Below, one piece after another: positions 1 to 12,692 of a DNA stretch of 64,000 nt (position 1 is its first letter; each line of letters starts with the position of its first letter). This DNA comes from Vitrella brassicaformis CCMP3155 (lineage: Eukaryota; Protista; Chromerida). Under the pieces are notes generated by a model. It was not told the DNA's origin, made no database searches, and saw only the letters and a program-made list of their open reading frames with translations. The stretch is from positions 144,438-208,437 of the forward strand of contig CDMY01000022.1 in assembly GCA_001179505.1 (NCBI GenBank). Direction: 5' to 3'. Both the position numbers and the translations under genes were made by a program.

Positions 1-1059
1 TCCAGTGAGCACCGCCGGCAGGGTGAGCTCCTGGCCACCCGGGGCTACATTACCATCATCCCCGACCTGCGGGGCGGCTCCGACCACCAGAGGAACGCCG
101 ACGACCTCCGCGCACTTATCGACTGGGCGCTCTCAGAAAACACACGAGAGGGGTCGCCCTTCTACAGGGCGATAGACAGGGCCAAGATCGGCTTGACGGG
201 CCACTCGGCGGGCGGTCTGTCGGTGCTGCTGGCGGCGGCTGCGGACGAGCGCATCGAGGCCATCGCGCCGATGGACCCTGTGGACTACAAAGGGATGGGC
301 GTGGCGGCGGGTGGCAAAGTCAGATGCCCCACGGCCGTCACCTTCTCTGAGCCATCAAGGTACGTAGGGGGTGAGTGAGTGAGCGAGGGACGCATTCATG
401 CGTGTGTGCATGGTGTCTGTGCACTGCATGTAGTTGCAACCGCTATGGGTCTGCCAACAAGCTGTACACGAGCCTGTCGGCGCCCAAGAGGGGCGTCAAG
501 GTCGTGGGAGCCACACATACTGACGGACAGGTTTGTATGGCGGCAGGGGAGGGATCCAAGTGACGCCCACATGTTGTGTGTCGTGCGTGCTTGTCTGTCT
601 GTCTGTCTGTCTGTCTACAGGATCCGTCATCATTGCTGGCTCGCATGTTGTGCGGCACGGCCGATCCCATGAAGCAGATGCTCTACAGGAGATACACCAT
701 AGGTCGGTGGGCAGCCAACTCGCACTCCATACATCCGTCCATCCATCCATCCCTCCATCTGCTTGTGTGTGACTCGTTCAGGTTGGTTCGACTACCACCT
801 CAAGAGGGCCCCCGGTGTGACGCCATACGTCTTCAACCTCACCCACGGCCCCCTCGCCAACGACCTGCGGGCCAACCGCATCACATACGAGGCCGACTAC
901 ACACTCCCGATCAAACGGCGGGGCCGCAGGTTCCGCAGCAAGGTCCGCGAGCAGCGCGATAGGCAGGACGATGACGTGTGGGAGGGGAGGGAGAGGGAGA
1001 GGGCGGCACAGGTGCAGACCGGCAAGGTGGTCGCACAGACGCTCGTGCAGTACATGTGA
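1..1059 (+). CDS. Alpha/beta hydrolase, chlorophyllase/dienelactone-hydrolase-like (5' end lies outside the window)
   Basis: Exons ~1-359, 434-530, 621-702 and 782-1059 join in frame across GT-AG introns. The protein has ELLATRGYITIIPD, a GHSAGG nucleophile elbow, MDPVD (candidate catalytic Asp) and GATH (candidate His). Plant chlorophyllases have GHSRGG and xDPV. Confidence 0.75.
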
Positions 1060-1628
1060 TTGACTGACTGATGGAGAGGAGGAGGGAGAGGAGTATCAGG
1101 CTTATGTACAGTACAGTAATAGTATATAGCTCAGTGGATGGCGTTGCGTTGCGTTGCCAAACCATAGGGACAGCGAGAGAGGGAGAGAGAGGGAAGGAGC
1201 AAATGGGTGCCTTAGTGATCGATCACGACAGACAATGAGTGTGAGACGTCGTTCTTTTCCCCGGGCCCTCTGCTGTGACTGTCTACATGGACAATACGTG
1301 TACATGTGTGAGGTGCTGTCGATCAATTCCGTCTCAAGATGCTCCAGGGATCGTTTCTGTGTGTGTGGATACGCCACACATGCATTTGATCGGTCACTGG
1401 AGCTCACATACGAGATGGAAACGGTCACCGGCGGCTCTCTGAGTGAGTGAGACACGCACACTTTTGGTTGGACGTTCGGTGATTGTTCAAGGCATCCACC
1501 AAGATGGCCGCCCGTGCACCACTTAGTCACCTATCGATGGCCATCCCTGACCTACGTCATATGCACTCTCACCTATTTCTCTATCTGTCTGTCTGTCTGT
1601 CTGCCTAATATATCCTCTCTCACTGTCG

Positions 1629-4600
1629 TCATCTCCACCTGCCCTCCTCCCTCCTGTCTGCTCCCGCATCCCCTCTGTCCTTGTGTGTTATCTGCCGCAC
1701 CAGAGACGGCCGTGCGATTGCCATCGCCTCCTCCCGGGTGCTTTGCCTCCGGATGGCCGAGTTCCGCCTCTGTCGCCTCGACGCCCGCCGCTGCTTGTCC
1801 TGCCGCACCAGCAGCTGGCGCGTCGCGCGCGGCATCGTACCCATGGACCCCGCTCTTCGGCGAGGGTCGGGGTGGGGCTGGTGGACGATTGACGAGCTGT
1901 CGGTCGTTCTCTCCTGCACCGGAAGCCGCTGGTAGTGCTGCTGTGCAGGAGGGTGGTAGTGCTGCAGGTGGGGATGATCCTTCTGCAGCATGGCAAGGCG
2001 TGACGGTGGGTGCGGCGAAGGGGTTGGTGTCCTTCGAGTGTGCGGCATCATGTGTGGAAGGAAGAAGCACGTGAACTGTGTGGCGGCGAGGCTGAGGGTG
2101 ACGAGCGAGTTGGCGAGGCAGAGGGGGTAAAAGACTTAGGTGCCCTGCTTGGCTATCATGTACCTGCAACCGTCCATCCATCCATCCAGATAAACACAGC
2201 CAGAGAGGCAGGCTCTCTTGTGTGCATTGCCTTCGCAGGCGCGTGTCTACAGCCTACTAACGGGTAGAGCCACGGGCCGAGCCAGCCGCCAAGCGAGTAC
2301 TTGACATTGAGCTGCATCCATGAGACAAGACAAGCACAGACACGAGACAAGCAGGGAAATGGAGCGAGACACTCACTGCTGGCCGACAGACCATAGCGAA
2401 GTTGGCATTGTCTCGTGTGAAGAGGGCGTCGTTTGGCACCTCCACTTTGGTGGGGACGGCGTCGTTGGTGACGTCCACGATGGACAGGAAGCTCATCGAC
2501 GCTATGCTGCCGCTCCAAAAGAGCAGCTGGAAACTGTCGTGCTGCACCCACACACACATGAATGGATGGACGGACAGCCTGATACATACAGATGGCTGGA
2601 TGAGGGCAGGCCCACTCACTCACCCATTCATAGACGCCGAGCAAGCGCCACAGCGGCGGCAGGTAGACGACGGTGCACAGGAAGTGACCTGACAGCCAGA
2701 CACATCGATGCACCCATCGATCGCTCGATGTGGGATGGTCAGGCGCACAGACACAGACACACACACAGACGTACACGTACAGGTGGCGCATGTGAGGATG
2801 GAGTAGTGGTCGGGAAGGACAGACGGGCCCCCACACAGAAAGAACAGTGTCTGCACGACTGATTCACGGACAGGCAGACAGAAACAGACAGACAGACAGA
2901 CACACGCAAAATACATTGAATGTCGATCAGTGGCTCACTCGGCACAATGACGAGAACCAGGGCAAAGCGATATCTGACAATATGAAGAAGAAGCTTGAGT
3001 CAATGTGCTGCAGCCGGGTGAGTGACACTCTCTCATTCGCTGACTGACTGACCCGACATCCGGCACAGCGACGTCAAATCGGAGTTCTTCCACAATGGCG
3101 ATGCCGGCGTCCCAGCCCGATCTGTGTGCCTCATTGGAGGCCGTGATCAGCAGACACGTCAGCCACAGCCACCGACGGTCGCAGGGGCTCTTGGGCGCCA
3201 CTAGCCGGCTTCTCGATTTGCTGGACGGCCGTGGTGAGACAACAGCCAGGTCGTCGACACCTCTCCGCTCAGGCAGCAAAGACTGACAAGACGACACACA
3301 CACACGTGCTCACAGACCATCCCTGTCTGTCTGTCTGTCTGTCTGTGTATGCATGTGTGTATTTCTCTCTCCTTTATTCTCAGTCACTCACGGACCGGCT
3401 GCTGTGCGAGTTGCTTGATGAACTGCTCCCTGGGTTGCTCGCCGTACACGTCACTCTCGCGCATGCAGCCCCACACCACACAGAAACCCACCAAGAGCAT
3501 TATCAACAGCAGCAACTGGGGCAGCACGAACCGACTGACCGAATGACACACACACACACACACACACACGCACAGGGTCTCTGTCCAATGTCTCTGCTGG
3601 ATGTTGCGTGTCCCTCGCCCACTCATGCACCCGAAGATCATTGGCCCTATCTTGAGGCGGCACGTGTACATGGACGATGTCACCACGGGACCCAGAGCCA
3701 TCCCTGCTCCCGCCACAAACAAGCAGATCAGCATGAATGGCAAAGCACGGGGCGCGTGCACACTGACCGAGCCAGCCCGCTGCGGTCTGAAGGTTGAAGT
3801 AGAAGGTGCGGTGCTCCACGCTCGTCGTCACCGTGAACAAGTGGCGGGAAGTCACCATGTTGCCGCCGGCTATGCCGTTGATGCAACGACCAACCAACAG
3901 GAGCGTCAGCAACACCCACTGCGGACTCGTCTGCCGTCGTGTGGGCGGCTTCCCATCCCCCTGGCCCTCCTGTGCAGTTGGCTTCTTATCTTCCTTTGGC
4001 TTGGGGTCTTCACGAATTGATGTTCTCTCCGCCAAGGATGGCGCATTAGGTGAGGGCGAGGGGGAGGGGAAGGGGGAGGGAGATGGTGGCACAGTCGTGG
4101 CTGTTGGCTGGTGACGGTATGACATGGATGACGGCCCCTGTGACCGCTGGGCAGCAAAAGCTGACGAGGAGAGGAAGGGAGACATGGCGCACGTGATGAT
4201 AGGAAGACGGCACAGGATGCAGCCAAACATGAGTACAGTACCACCGATCATGAAGGTCAGTGTGCCGAGCATGAGCAAAGCGAGGCAGAGGAGATGTCGC
4301 GTCTTGAAGCGCCACTTGCACGGATGCACATGTAGGATCTGGAAGATGACGAAGCCCAGGATGAGAAAGGCACTCTGACACCCAATCACGTGACCGCTCA
4401 AAGACAACTCCCCACTGCATATGCGAAAAGACACGAAGACAAGAAGACAAGAAGACATATGGATCATGTCGGAGTTGCGTATGTACCCCAGGGACTCGAC
4501 AATCTCGCTGGCAGCTGGAATGGCCGCCGCAAATATATCATGTAGTACTGCACACACACAACAAGAGACGGGGGGAGAGACAGAGACCTGACCGATGAAT

Positions 4601-4952
4601 GGATGGATCGATGCATTGTCTCACGTGTGTGTGTGTGCATACCCACCAGGCCTTGAGGCAGCATGTTGAGAGCAGCGAGGTACGCCGGCGGATAGGTGGG
4701 CTTGTGCAGACTTTCAGCGGGCGCCGGCCTGATGTGCCCTGGCGCCTCTGCTGCGATCCTCTCGCCCTCTTCGACCCTCAAGTGCGGCTCAGAAGCCACC
4801 ACATGAATCGACCGTCGTGGTGGCACCTCATCGAGGGAAGTAAGCGAGGTCCTGGACGATTCTCTCTCGGCCTCCTCGAGGTTCTCCTGGCGGATGAGGC
4901 GCGACAGCAGGGGCTCTGCCTCATCACTCCTAGCCAGCGCGTCCGAACGCAT
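1629..4952 (-). CDS. Major facilitator superfamily transporter with one in-frame TAA (2138-2136) before the last predicted TM helix
   Basis: Multi-exon model starting at ATG 4952 (MRSDALARSDEAEPLL). It has many hydrophobic segments and MFS-like motifs: LLLVGRCINGIAGG, GMALGPVV, GGWLGPWLYP. Exon phases are consistent throughout except for the TAA. Confidence 0.7.
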
Positions 4953-4975
4953 TTCTGGAGCCAAGCTTGGGAGGC

Positions 4976-5000
4976 AAACCCTGAACCCCTCAAACCCTCA
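4976..5000. promoter_or_regulatory. Telomere-like (AAACCCT) motif cluster in a 155-bp divergent promoter
   Basis: AAACCCTGAACCCCTCAAACCCTCA lies between MFS ATG 4952 (-) and BTB ATG 5108 (+). A regulatory role is inferred from position only. Confidence 0.4.
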
Positions 5001-5107
5001 CCCGCCCGTTCTGTCGCCGTCATCCTTCGCCAAGCGAGAACACGCCTTACGGCATCTGGAGGCCCTCATTTGCTGAGCAACACCACGTGTGCTGAGATGC
5101 ATGGAGG

Positions 5108-7163
5108 ATGAGTGGAATGAGTGACTCAAAAACTGCTGGTGGGAAGCCGGATGCGTCAGATGTCGACTGCCATCTGGTGGAACTCGTGTTTGCCACGACG
5201 GGAGAGGACGACAACGCTGTGAGTGAGGACCGCAAGCTGCGATTGAAGCGGTCTCTGCTCATCACGATGCCTTTCTTCAACGCGGTAAGCCGTCTTCGCA
5301 CACGGAGCACATACACCCGTTCAACGCACTGTGTGGATGCTCGTGTGCTGATGCATGCTGCAGGCGCTGAAAGAAGACAGCTATGCAGAGGGCCAAACCA
5401 ATCGCGTCGTTATCCGAGAAGTTGGCATCGATGTGGCTCGAGTGGTCCTGCAGGCTGACAGTGATGCCACCCTCAATGGGCTGACCAAGGCCAACTTCCT
5501 GCCTGTCCTGAGGGCACTCGGCTACTTCTGCAGTGCAGCCGCAACCGACGCCGACTGGATTCGGCAAGCCGAGCGGAAGGTCAGCACAACACACAACCAA
5601 CACACCAACGACAAGCAGCCACAGACATGCAACGCAATGCTTCCCAGATGGTTCGGTGTGGCTGACTGGAGGATCCTTGCTTCGCCCTCTCGCTCGTTGA
5701 GTCACTCAGCCATGACGTCGTAGCCCGCCTCACCAAGACTGCAAGTGACGAGTGGCCACCCAGTGTGACGCAAGTGCTCCTGAGCAACCCTGGCTGTTTG
5801 CGGCCCTGCTGGCAGAGCGGCGGTGATCGCCAGGCTGCGGCAGTACGCTTGCTTGGCTACATGTGCCACCACTTGGCGTGTGGCCAATCACGGCCGTCCA
5901 GTGACCAGCTTGCGCACTTCCTCGTGACCGCTACTGGCTCTCCCAATATCAGCGACGCCATCGGTAAGCACGGGAGCGACGGAGAGGGCCTGTAGGTCGA
6001 TGTCCAAGGAATGGAATGTGCTTCTTTTTCCCTTGGGCTCATTTGAATGCAGCTGTCTCGTTCCCCCACTTTACTTCATCCGGCACTTCACTCGATGAGA
6101 AATACAATGGCATCGTGCGCGAGTGGAGAATGGAGCCCTTCCGCGACAAAAGGCTACCGTTTAAATCGGGCACCTCTTGCATAAGCCACTGCGCGTGCTC
6201 CAGCCCACTCTGCTCCTGCGGGGCCGTCATCTTCCCTTCAGTGGCTTTCACCGTAGCGACATCGCTCCGCAGCTCGCCTGACGCCCGACCTATCCCACCA
6301 TCCTGGCACTTCGCCTCGACCAAGGCGCAACACGAGGAGGGCGCCGGCAGTGGTGGCGGAAACACACAGCTGCGGGAGGTCGACCGATTCTGTGTCGACG
6401 TCAAGTTATCGGAGAAGGAGGCGTCGCGGCAGGCAGCGTGTTCGTGCATCTCGGTCCACGATCTCGCCATCTGCATGAGGCAGGGGACAAGTGACGTCAA
6501 TGTGTTGGGGAAGTCGGGAGATGCTCTCACTGACAGGGGGAGCCGATACGCTGCGCCGAGCCTGTACGTCTCCACTCTGCTGGGTGGCAACGCGGGCATT
6601 GGGATGAAGCTATCCAATCTTGCCTTGGAAGACCTGACGGCCAAGGGGCTGGCCGATGCGCGTCTGAGGCGCCTGACTGTTAAGGCAACAATTGTCTTTT
6701 ACCCATACCTCACTGTGGCGCTGCATTATCTGAGGCGGTGCATCCTCGAGGAGCGGTGGGATGGCGTGACCGCATTTGCACGGTGAGTGACATAGCAGAG
6801 GGCAGTCAACCACAGGATGTGTATGTGTGGATGTCGATCAGGTCGCTCTCGGACCAGTACAGCCAGCATTTTGTGGTGCTGATGGCCCGTCTCTCGTTCC
6901 GTCCGTTGGCGGCTCTGACGCATTGGTGCAAGGCGATGTCTTTCTTGGAATCATGTAATGTGGCCGAAACTCTCGCCGGCCTGTTTCATGACATGATCAA
7001 GGCCGACCAGAACTCCCCACATCACCGCAGCGACCTGCTCGGCTTCATCGGTGTTGTGGTGCCCCTGCTGAGCCCAAGCCAGAGAGATCAGTGTTTGGAG
7101 GCACTTGCTTGGAGGAAGCAGTGGGCAAGAAGGGCGATGGGACGCGAAATCGAAGCTCTGAAG
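5108..7163 (+). CDS. BTB/POZ-domain protein with one in-frame TGA (5663-5665); terminal exon (~7200-7300) unresolved
   Basis: Exons 5108-5284, 5364-5579, 5648-5963, 6053-6782 and ~6842-7163. The BTB-like core reads RSLLITMPFFNAALKEDSYAEGQTNRVVIREVGIDVARVVLQ...LTKANFLPVLRALGYF. Confidence 0.65.
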
Positions 7164-7647
7164 GTGAGTCAGTCACCCCGACCGATGAAGAGAGACCAGA
7201 CAGGCGAACTATGATGCTGTGTCGCAGTCGGGTTATCGTGCCGGTGAGCGGTCCAGACACCCAGCCCGCCATCGCATGTAAGACAACCAGGCGATGATTG
7301 ATCCACCCACAAAGTGCTCCACCTCAACTGTGGTTATGTATGTGTGTGCGTGCGTGTGTGTGTTCAGTTTTGGTGGATGGTTTTCGCGGACGCCTCGCTG
7401 ACCGGCGGCGGCACCCAAGACACTTCATGTGCAGCTGTATGTCAAAGTGTGAGTGAGTGATGCTTGACGGCTACTGTTATGTTTCGTGTTCGTACTCTCT
7501 CTGTTCGTTCATGTCTCGCGTCTGTCTGTCTGTTATCGTGACTTTCCTTGTGTTCTTTATACTGTTACTCATGTACACTGTAGCCCTTTGTCAGACCGGA
7601 ACAGGTGGGTGCTTCTTTCCAATGAACCTGCCGCCTCACCGCAGCCA

Positions 7648-7690
7648 CCTGAAACCCTGAAACCCCTCAAACCCCTCAAACCCAACCCCT
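7648..7690. repeat. Degenerate telomere-like tandem repeat about 57 bp upstream of a start codon
   Basis: CCTGAAACCCTGAAACCCCTCAAACCCCTCAAACCCAACCCCT; the methyltransferase ATG is at 7747. Confidence 0.65.
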
Positions 7691-7746
7691 TGGCTGCTTC
7701 GACGCCCATCAAATTGGGAACCATCTCATTTCGCTCACTGACGACC

Positions 7747-9278
7747 ATGGCTGCCGCGTGCGATGAAGACTACATGGAGTCGCTGAAGAGGAAGCGCCTC
7801 GACAGCCACGAGCACCGAGAGTCGGCACTCTTCAGGCACCGGGTGACAGGTGTGAGTGCCTTCGACAGGCGTGGGAGGGGCGGGGAGGACGACGATGAGG
7901 AGGACGAGACAGAGGTCACCGGGGAGGGACTGCGCTTCATGGTGAGATGGGAGACCGAATCAGGCGATGGATGGTTCAAGGGTTGGTTGGCGCATTCATG
8001 GAGCCATGCATTCGTGTTGTGTATGCGGATGTGTGTGTGTGTGTGTGTGTGTGTGCAGATACTGTCGGATCCGATCAACGCTTGGGGCTACAGCATCGGA
8101 CACCAGCTGTGGACCTCCTCAGAGGTATAGCATAGGCAGCCAAGACAGGCAGGCAGGCGCGGGCAGAAGCAAGACAGACGAAGACAGAGACTCTGCGTGA
8201 GGTCACACGCATTTCTTCCTTCTCGTTTGTCTCTGTCTGCCCCATGCACTAACTGCAGGTGCTGTATTCCTTTTTCCAGCAGTCGGGGGTGTACGACGCC
8301 TCTTACCTGAAGGGCAAGACCGTGGTGGAGCTGGGCTCCGGCCTCGGCCTGGCAGGCATGACCGCCGCCGCACTGGGGGCCAAACAAGTGGTCAGTCCGC
8401 CAGCCAGCCAGCCAGCCAGCCAGCATGTTGATTGAGATCGACAGGAATGTGTGTGTGTGACGCATGCATGAATCCTGTCTGTCAGATCTTCACCGATTTG
8501 CCCGAGGGTGTGGAGCTGCTGGAGCGCAATGTGTGGGAGAACTTCGCCGAGACGGACAAGGAAGAGGGCGGCCGTCGCGTCCTCCCGCCTCACCTCAAGG
8601 TGACTGACCCGACCCCATATATACGACAGCCGACAAAGGACACGGAGGCCATTAATGCGGCTGGTGCTGATTGATGTCAGGTGATGACTCTTCCCTGGGG
8701 CGACGGCGCGTCGATAGCTCGTGTGGAGAAGGCCCTGGACGTGGCCCCCTCCCTCACACAGAGGAAGGCGCCCGACGTCATCCTGGGCGGCGACCTGTGC
8801 TACGACGAGGACCACCATGAAGAACTACTGCAGACCATACTCACACTCAGGTGCGTGCCTCACCCATACACACACACACACATCCGTCGTATGCTCGTTC
8901 ATTTCATTCAGCGGTCCTGAGACGGACGTGTTTCTGGCGCTTCCTGACCGGGAAGACCTGTACTCGTTCCTCGACGTGTGCCGCTTCCCGTACCCGGCCA
9001 TCCCCCTACCCACCCTCGACCAGGACAATGAGGATGACAAAGCTGCACAGGACGATACGGGAGGGGGCAAGGTGTGCAGCAACCCACCCACTGGCAGGCC
9101 CCCGCCGCAGAAGGCGCGATCCCAACCGGCACCTTCTTACTCTCCTGATGATGCGGCCGCTGGTGGCGATGAGGGCACGATGGTGATGGGCGAGGGGGGG
9201 CTGCGTGAGGTGCACTGGGAGTGCCTCTGGACCTACTGGCACAAGAGCTTCGAGAACGCCGTCATACTCTTCAAGTGA
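7747..9278 (+). CDS. METTL21/Methyltransf_16-family SAM-dependent protein methyltransferase
   Basis: Six exons (7747-7941, 8059-8124, 8259-8390, 8486-8599, 8681-8850, 8912-9278), all phases consistent. Motifs: GHQLW, VVELGSGLGLAG (motif I), IFTDL (post-I), LPWG, DVILGGDLCYD (motif II). Confidence 0.92.
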
Positions 9279-11141
9279 GGGAGACATTGGGCAATTAGGC
9301 AGAGAGAGGGGAGAAGAGAGCGTCAGGGAGCCAGCCATTCATTGTGTGGGGTGTGTGTTGGTCGGTGTGTGTGTTGACGGGATGGGTGCTGTTCAGGGGC
9401 CGTGTCGTGCCTGTGTGCGGGAGTGTGGCGTCTGAGGATGAGGCCGTGTGACGCGACAAACACACCGACGGACGGCATGGCACCGACACACGATAGATGA
9501 CCTACCTGGTCCGACTGCGATGCATGGACTGATGAATGGACTGATCGCACTCACTCTGCCGCCCCCACTGTCTCTTGGTTTTGTTCGTGGCACGCTTGAT
9601 GGGTCGTGACACGAGAGGGAAGCAGGAGACAGTGGGGCGGTGCGGCAAGCCACTCGCCTGTCTGCGTCTGTATGTGTCGTGCAGACGGGCGGGCAGGCAG
9701 GCCTTTTCCGGCTGATCGATCAGTGCTGTTGTGTGTGTAGTGTGTGTAACACCTGGTGGTATGTGTGTGTATGTGGTCATGTGCTTCATGTCATTGACTG
9801 CGTTTGTGTTGGTTGTGAGGGTTCTACACTGTGCAGACAGAACAAAGGGGCTCGCCGGGCCGGGACATACAGCAAGCACTACAGCCACAAGGCAAACGAC
9901 TTACAGCAAGCAGTTTGCCTGTCGCTAGTCAATGCTGCTTGCTGCATGTCGTTTGTCTTGTGGTGGCGTATGTGTTTGTTGTAGTCGCATTCGTTCAACA
10001 TGGTCGGAAGGGTGATGGATTGGCGCATCGATCCGTCAGTCACACGCATTCTGTATTGTATATTCACATATATCTATCGTATATGGGTGGGTGCATCCGT
10101 GGGTGCGTACTGGATGGATGGATGGCCGGCCCTCCCTCTCTCTGTGTGCCTGACGGATGGATGGATGGATGGGCCGAGCCACATTTTTCTCCACACAACA
10201 CCTACTGGTGCGTATGTGTGTATGGTCCTACCCATGTCGAACGAAACGAAGAGCATTCATTGTCTTTGTGCCTTCGTGTGCTGACTGTACCATAGCTAAG
10301 CCTGTGACCTACCCCCCCTCTCACTCTCTCTTGTGCAGTCTCTGTCTTTCCATGTGTGCGTGTCTGTCTGTCTGTCTATTTTTCTGCGCGCCTATGTGCG
10401 CAGCTGCTGCCGCAGAAATGCCTGCTGGCTGCATAAGCCGCTCACTTTCCTATTCCTTCCCCACACACCGACCGATATGTGTCAGTCAGGTCTCCCTCTT
10501 TTTTCACCTTGGTCAGATAATATATTGTTCTAAGCTCGGTGCGGTACAGGCAGCTGTGTGTGTGTGTGTGTATGTGTAATGAGTTGAGTGGATCGGGGAG
10601 GGAGGGGGGGAGGGAGGGAGGGAGACTTGCTGAGAAGAAGATCTCACGCGACGTGACGTGGTGCGCTCGTGTGTTGTGTGTTGTGTGGAGCACCTCTGCA
10701 CCCACTGGCTGGCTGATTTGTCAACGAACACACGAATGAGACAGAGAAGAAAGCTCAAGTTGTAGCTCAAGCACAACACAACACACCACACCACACCACA
10801 TCACACCAGGCAACGCAGTATAAGCCACAATCTCCACACACGTCAACACGCAAACACGCGCACGGAAAACGGCATAACACCATGTCCGTTCATCTAATTC
10901 AGCCAGCCTCTCCCTCCCTCTCTCTGTATCTCTTTCCCCGTCTGCGCCTCTCACTGCCCCACCAGCTGCAGATAAAGCAGTCAGTGTAGCAGCGGTAGGG
11001 ACAACGGAAACACCGATAGACAGATGGATGGACAGACTCGGCCCACAAAAGTGTGAACCGATGTGAGCAGGCAAGCCAAGGGTGACTGAGATGGGGCGGC
11101 CCATCTGTCTATCCATCCGTCCATCCATCCATTCAATGGCA

Positions 11142-12692
11142 TCAGTACTGGATTGCGAGACCAATGGCGGGCATCTGGCACAGGGGGCACTTGTAGGTGA
11201 CCTTCGCCCCCTTCTTGATGTCTGGATTGGCCAAGAAGGGATACTTTCTCAGGGCGCACTTCTTGCACTGACAGACAACAAGTATTTCGCACCACACACA
11301 CACACACACAGACACACAGATATGTGTCAATCGACCGGTGGGGCGTGTGTGTCTCTATTTTTCCTACATAGGCTATGCAGCTCCTGTGGGTAATCGCAGT
11401 AGGGGTGCCCCCAGGCGGCATCGAGGACGAGCTGGACGACGAGGCCGCAGCGGCAGCAGCAGCAGCGGCAGCAGCAGCGGGCGGGGCTCTAGATGAGGAC
11501 GAGGATGAGTGTGGTGGAGGCTTCTTGACGTCGTCCTGGTGCACGAAGGCCACCTCCCGCTTGGCGTCCTTACACGCGACACACGTCTCCTCCATCTTAT
11601 ACCGCTCGAGCTCCGCTTCACGCCTCTGTCAGTCAGCGCACACAAACATACAGATGAGGGCCGGACGCACTCACGCCCGATTTGCTGGCTGGTGCCGTGT
11701 CTGATTGATTGCTTGCCCCGTATTCTTCGTTCTGCTCCTTCGCTTTTCTCTCACACTCGATGGTCTTGCGCTGCAGCTCGGCCTTGGTCCTCTGCCGACG
11801 GAGAATCCGCAGCTCACCCTGGATGTCCTCGCGCGCCCTATCGATGCTCTGCTTCCCCTCCTCCCCCTCCGTGAGGGCCTTCTGCATGAGATCGGTGATG
11901 CGATTGCTCTCGGACGACAGCTTGCCTTCCTGCGACTCGAGGGTGGCGACAGCATCCGTCAGGTGGGTGACGTGCTCCCCGAGCTCGGCCTCGTCGGGCT
12001 GCTCGGACAGGAGCGGTATCATGGCAGAGGCGCTGATTGATGGACGAAGGGAGGGACGCAGCAGCAAATATGAACCGACAGGCGGGCAGGTCATTCATCT
12101 TGTGTTGTGCTGTGTGTGTAGGTGGACGGACGAACCTCTGCACATGGAGGAGGCTTCGGTCAATAATGATGCGACCCATACACGCCTCCAGCCTGAATGA
12201 ATGAATGAATGGACGGGCCAGCAAAAACACCACACACACACATACATACGGCGCTCAGCCAGGTCTGTCTTTTCTTCCTCACTGCAGTGTTCTCAATTCC
12301 ATGGTTCGGAGGGCGGCCCTCAGTGCCGGCACGTCCTCCGTGTTGGCGTGAGCAGTCGTCTCTGGCAGGAACCGCAAAGCCTCCAGTTCCCGCTCCAGAC
12401 GATCTACCTTGTCCTCCGCCTCACGCAACCTGCAGCCACGTCAGACGAGGGTGTGGGTGTGGTGTTGCAAAAACGGTTTTCTGTGTGTGGTCAGAGCACT
12501 CACCTTGCCCGTGTGCTCTCCAGCTCGTCCCTCACCTGCCAACTGCAGTCATCACATCATGGACCACACACATGAATGGCGCGTGGCGAAAGATGGAGGA
12601 TGAGAGATTAGAGATGGAGCGCAGCTCCTTTCTTCTCTCTCCCTTCCCCTCCCTCCTGCGTGCCCCGTCACGTACACTTCGTCTGCGTCCAT
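11142..12692 (-). CDS. Coiled-coil protein with a C-terminal atypical, interrupted RING finger (putative E3 ligase)
   Basis: Starts MDADEVWQVRDELESTRAR followed by heptad-rich exons. The C-terminus is CVAC, ~60 aa of Ala/Ser low-complexity sequence, then HRSCIAYCKKC...CPLC and a stop at 11142. Confidence 0.75.

Noticed and set aside
4525-4650. Apparent 2-bp frameshift at the start of MFS exon 2 (ATGATATATTT)
   Set aside because: Using the GTATGC donor (phase 1) gives an open frame (GLVVLHDIFAAAIP).
2136-5665. Stop-codon reassignment (alternative genetic code)
   Set aside because: Only two lone stops were seen. The other long genes are open, and TAA/TGA/TAG appear as normal terminators (e.g. 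TGA 9276, TAG 57734).
9300-11100. Small gene remnants between the methyltransferase and RING genes
   Set aside because: Only short, non-specific open stretches amid repeats, with no motif support.
12255-12300. Apparent frameshift and double TGA in the minus-strand RING gene (RTLQ*GRK)
   Set aside because: A good GTGAGG donor (12282-12277) ends the exon in phase 2 and joins the next exon in frame, so there is no lesion.
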